From a virus (taxonomy: Duplodnaviria > Caudoviricetes): a DNA stretch of 45,963 bases. The notes under the pieces are model-generated. The model saw nothing but the letters and a program-made list of their open reading frames with translations. It made no database searches and was not told where the DNA came from. Where the stretch lies: the IMG/VR virus record IMGVR_UViG_3300048080_000233, positions 1 to 45,963 of that record; one strand, written 5' to 3'. The position numbers were made by a program, and so were the translations under genes. Below are positions 41,906 through 45,963 of the stretch, in pieces. Within the stretch, counting starts at the first letter, position 1; each line of letters opens with the position of its first letter.

Positions 41906-42198
41906 CGATGATTCGGATCGAACGAGCAAATACGCACGTCCTGTACTTGCGTACCATCATAACGGAGATGGAAAAAGAACGGGACTATCTGCGGCAGCGT
42001 CTCGTCGAGACGCTGCGGCTCTACGATGAGTCGTGCGCGATCGCGACTCAGTCTTGGTTGGATAACCGCCGGTTCCAGGATGAACTGCAGCGGACGGCAG
42101 TGGATGCGAATCGGCACTGGCTCGAAAATAGCCGGCTCCGTCAGGAGCTTAGGCGGACGACGGTGGAGCTGGACCTCGCGAGGAGGGGGCAGACGTGA
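41902..42198 (+). CDS. Coiled-coil hypothetical protein
   Basis: GGAGG SD; internal repeat WLDNRRFQDELQRTAVD/WLENSRLRQELRRTTVE. Confidence 0.6.
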   Translation: MTMIRIERANTHVLYLRTIITEMEKERDYLRQRLVETLRLYDESCAIATQSWLDNRRFQDELQRTAVDANRHWLENSRLRQELRRTTVELDLARRGQT

Positions 42199-42488
42199 TC
42201 GACCGCACTGCCTACCGAGAGATGCTCGGTACCCTGACCGACGACGAGCTGCTCCGGATCGGGGTGGGGATCTGGCGGGACTGCTGCCGGATTACTTTGC
42301 CGGCCGGGATGGTCTGGCATGAGTGGGACGACATAACGGCTGAATTGACTCGCCGCGGCACCGAGCTGATGCCGCGGTTGCAGCAGATGTACCGGGATGA
42401 GAACCGGCAGCCGACTGAGACGGTGCGGCAATTCCTGGATCAAGCCAACGCCCGGGACGCAGCGCGGGACACAGCGAGGAAATCATGA
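42195..42488 (+). CDS. Hypothetical protein
   Basis: GTGA coupling, GAGG SD. Confidence 0.6.
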   Translation: MIDRTAYREMLGTLTDDELLRIGVGIWRDCCRITLPAGMVWHEWDDITAELTRRGTELMPRLQQMYRDENRQPTETVRQFLDQANARDAARDTARKS

Positions 42489-42712
42489 GCGACGATCTCT
42501 GGTACGGGGCGTGGGACTGTGACCAGGACTGGTACGGCCTGGTGTATCGATGGCGTGACCAGTGGGGCTGGAAAGATGTCCTCCACAAGCTGGGGCCGTT
42601 CGCCACGGCTGTTGACGCGCTGAACGCCATCATGGCGTTCATGATCGAAAACGACATTGCGTCGTCGTTCGACTTTGGCAAAACACCTAATCAGGAGAGG
42701 ATTACTCAATGA
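42485..42712 (+). CDS. Hypothetical protein
   Basis: ATGA coupling at both ends. Confidence 0.6.
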   Translation: MSDDLWYGAWDCDQDWYGLVYRWRDQWGWKDVLHKLGPFATAVDALNAIMAFMIENDIASSFDFGKTPNQERITQ

Positions 42713-43563
42713 GTGTGCCAGCGAAAACCACCGGCACTGTGCCGACTTCGGCGCCGGAGCATGATCGAGATTACGGGGACATCGCGGAGCGGGTCGTGAT
42801 CCAGGGCGACCTCTCGAAATTGACCCCGGAGGAGCGGATTCGCTACTATCTGGACGTGTGCCGTTCCCTGGGACTCAATCACCGGACGCGGCCCTTCGAG
42901 TATATGACTCTCCAGGGGAAACTGACCCTGTACGCCAAGGCGGGGGCGACGGATCAGTTGCGCGAGAAGCGAAAAATCTCGGTCTCGATCGTATCGAGGG
43001 AGAGGACCGGGGACCTCTATGTCGTAACAGCGCGGGCCAAGACGAAAGACGGCCGGGTCGACGAATCCACAGGGGTAGTGAGCCTGACTGGATTGAAGGG
43101 AGACGATCTGGCGAACCGGCTCATGAAGGCGGAAACCAAATCAAAACGGAGAGTCACGCTCTCGATATGCGGTCTGGGATTCATGGACGAGAGCGAGGTG
43201 GGGACGATAAGAGACGCGCAGCTCATGGAAGAATTCGAGCCGGGCAAGACGCTTCCTTCCCTTCCTTCCCTGCCTCTCCTGCCTCCCGTGTCCCTTGGAC
43301 CGCCATCAGACCCCAGACTCACAGGGGACCAACTGGGCTTGCTCTTGGAATTCGTGGATCATTTCGGCTGGGAACCGGACACGATCAGGAACCGCTTGCG
43401 TCACAATTACCGGGTCGAGCGCTTCGAGGATTTAGCGCGGGATCAGGCCCAAGAACTTCTAGACGGACTGATTAACAAATATGGCTCGCCCAAGCAGTGG
43501 GGGCAGCAGGCCGAGGCGGATGAGGAGCGGCCCGCGATCCAGGAAGAGGGGGTGCGCTCGTAA
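42709..43563 (+). CDS. Single-strand annealing recombinase (Bet/RecT-like)
   Basis: GDLSKLTPEER...CRSLGLN...PF...LTLYA...MKAETKSKRRVTLSICGLGFMDESEV. Confidence 0.7.
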   Translation: MSVPAKTTGTVPTSAPEHDRDYGDIAERVVIQGDLSKLTPEERIRYYLDVCRSLGLNHRTRPFEYMTLQGKLTLYAKAGATDQLREKRKISVSIVSRERTGDLYVVTARAKTKDGRVDESTGVVSLTGLKGDDLANRLMKAETKSKRRVTLSICGLGFMDESEVGTIRDAQLMEEFEPGKTLPSLPSLPLLPPVSLGPPSDPRLTGDQLGLLLEFVDHFGWEPDTIRNRLRHNYRVERFEDLARDQAQELLDGLINKYGSPKQWGQQAEADEERPAIQEEGVRS

Positions 43564-43565
43564 CC

Positions 43566-43688
43566 TTGCCCCCGGGGTCACCCGCCTGGCGGATGGTCCG
43601 CTGGGTCGCGTCGATCCGTGACCGCGGCGTGGTCCTAGCCTGTGGCAGGGCGATGACGACAAGCACGAAGTGGTGACCCCGGGGGTAA
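43566..43688 (+). ncRNA. Candidate multibranch structured RNA
   Basis: 17-bp closing stem TTGCCCCCGGGGTCACC/GGTGACCCCGGGGGTAA enclosing three hairpins. Confidence 0.55.
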
Positions 43689-43873
43689 TGAATATGGCAC
43701 GATACAAAGACCGTGATCCCAAGCCAGTGCATCGCCGATGCCTGCACTGCGGAGCCAATTTGCGCCGTCCTGGGAAGCAACTGCGGGCGACGACGCGGTA
43801 TTGCTCGATCGCGTGTGGGGCGCTGGCCCAGCGGGAGCGGCGGCAGCAGGATCTGCCCAGAGATGCGAAGTAG
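43688..43873 (+). CDS. Small Zn-finger protein
   Basis: CLHCG...RYCSIAC. Confidence 0.6.
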   Translation: MNMARYKDRDPKPVHRRCLHCGANLRRPGKQLRATTRYCSIACGALAQRERRQQDLPRDAK

Positions 43874-43884
43874 AGGACACCACC

Positions 43885-44184
43885 ATGCACCCCAGCGAGG
43901 CCCACGGTCAGCCCCGATGGTCCCCGGGCCCAGGCCCGGGCCCAGGCCCGGGCCCAGGCCCGGGCCCAGGCCCAGCTCTCATCCTCGCCGGCCGGTCGCT
44001 GCTGAGCCTCTGGCCCACGCTCTCGCCTGAAGGGAAAATCCTGGCCGTGGAGCTTTTCACCAACGGAGTGTTGGGGACGGCGCTTGAGACCACCACGGCG
44101 GAGAAGGGGCGGATTAACGAGGTGCTGCGGGAGTTGCTCGGGCGCGTGGAGGCGATGGGGGAGGACTGGGCGCAGAGGAATTGA
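43885..44184 (+). CDS. Hypothetical protein with (PG)n tract
   Basis: GAGG SD; contains a 12-bp tandem repeat. Confidence 0.55.
   Translation: MHPSEAHGQPRWSPGPGPGPGPGPGPGPGPALILAGRSLLSLWPTLSPEGKILAVELFTNGVLGTALETTTAEKGRINEVLRELLGRVEAMGEDWAQRN
43923..43970. repeat. 4 x CCCGGGCCCAGG tandem repeat
   Basis: Exact copies. Confidence 0.95.
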
Positions 44185-44185
44185 C

Positions 44186-44214
44186 TTGACGCGATTCGAG
44201 GTCGCGGGTAAGCT
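44186..44214 (+). promoter_or_regulatory. Promoter of the replication genes
   Basis: TTGACG-17-TAAGCT with CGCGA/TCGCG inverted repeat in the spacer. Confidence 0.5.
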
Positions 44215-44241
44215 GCCGCGTGCTCTCGAAAGGAGCATCTT

Positions 44242-45288
<1,047 letters not shown>

Positions 45289-45766
45289 GAATGCTGGAGG
45301 CTTATTTCGACGTCTTCCAACATGCGGGTTATACGGTTGCCGAATTGCGCGAGGCAACCACTTACCTGGCCCAGGGGAATGCCCCGAAGTTCCGGACCGG
45401 ACACCTTCCCGCCCTCCAAGCGCGCCTGCGCTCCGAGCGCCTGAAGCGCCACCACGCCGAAAATGCCGCGCTCGATCAGGCCGGCTTCACGTGCTCGGAT
45501 TGCGGCGGGTCCGGTTGGGTGGTCGTGCCGCACCTGAGGTTTATTCTGGATGGAGAATGGATAGACAGCTCGACCATGGCGGTGACGTGCCGGTGCGCCC
45601 GCGGCGAGAGAATCGCCGGAACCTACCGGATGCCGCTGACGGAGAAGTCGGCCGACAATCGGCATCGCCCGGTGGCGATGAGGTTGGTGGATTACGAGTT
45701 GAGAAATCCTAATTGGTTCCAGCAGCAGCGCTCTCACGAACAGCAGCTGGCCGCGGCCTCAATGGC

Positions 45767-45963
45767 TCAGCGGCTGGCCGGCATTGCGCAATCCGAGCGG
45801 CCGCTCACTCAAGGGATCGGCCTGATACCGCGCTCGTTTGAGAAGCAGCTTCGGAGGATCGAGCCGTGATCGACATGAGCGACTGGCGTGCGGGAGATCC
45901 CGATCCCGATCCCGATCTCGACTCGTGCATCGAGTGCGGGGCCATGTTGTTCGAGGATGAGCA
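45767..45963. repeat. Right copy of terminal direct repeat
   Basis: Matches 1-197 with one mismatch. Confidence 0.97.

Noticed and set aside
43650-43672. GATGA...CGAA as a hammerhead ribozyme core
   Set aside because: Lacks CUGANGA and GAAA, and no stem II forms between them

Overview
The window looks like a complete, circularly closed genome (about 45.8 kb unique) of a GC-rich tailed phage. Its ends form a 197-bp direct repeat with one mismatch. It has an HK97-fold head and a non-contractile tail. Protein style suggests a planctomycete (Gemmataceae-like) host, but this is recollection, not a search result. Almost every gene is on the + strand. Order: small accessory genes (HigA-like HTH, C5 methyltransferase, RMF-like protein, two DUF559-like nucleases); terminase, portal, Mu-F, HNH, prohead protease, capsid; neck and tail genes with a -1 frameshifted chaperone, a short tape measure and a tail fibre; holin followed by a secreted trypsin/collagen protein, with no recognisable endolysin, interleaved with ParB and ParB-methyltransferase morons; a second structural cluster of duplicated fibre/LamG cassettes; an early region; then a Bet/RecT-like recombinase and a replication initiator with iteron-like repeats. 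No integrase, CI repressor, ParA or CRISPR array was seen. Most unusual signals: small early genes behind a repeated leader; an unannotated RHH gene between two related palindromic operators; an anticodon-less tRNA-like RNA; a second multibranch RNA; a ~110-nt hairpin burying the capsid start codon; a copy of the capsid N-arm inside the prohead protease; and a possibly protease-based lysis module. All family calls come from motif recognition by eye.
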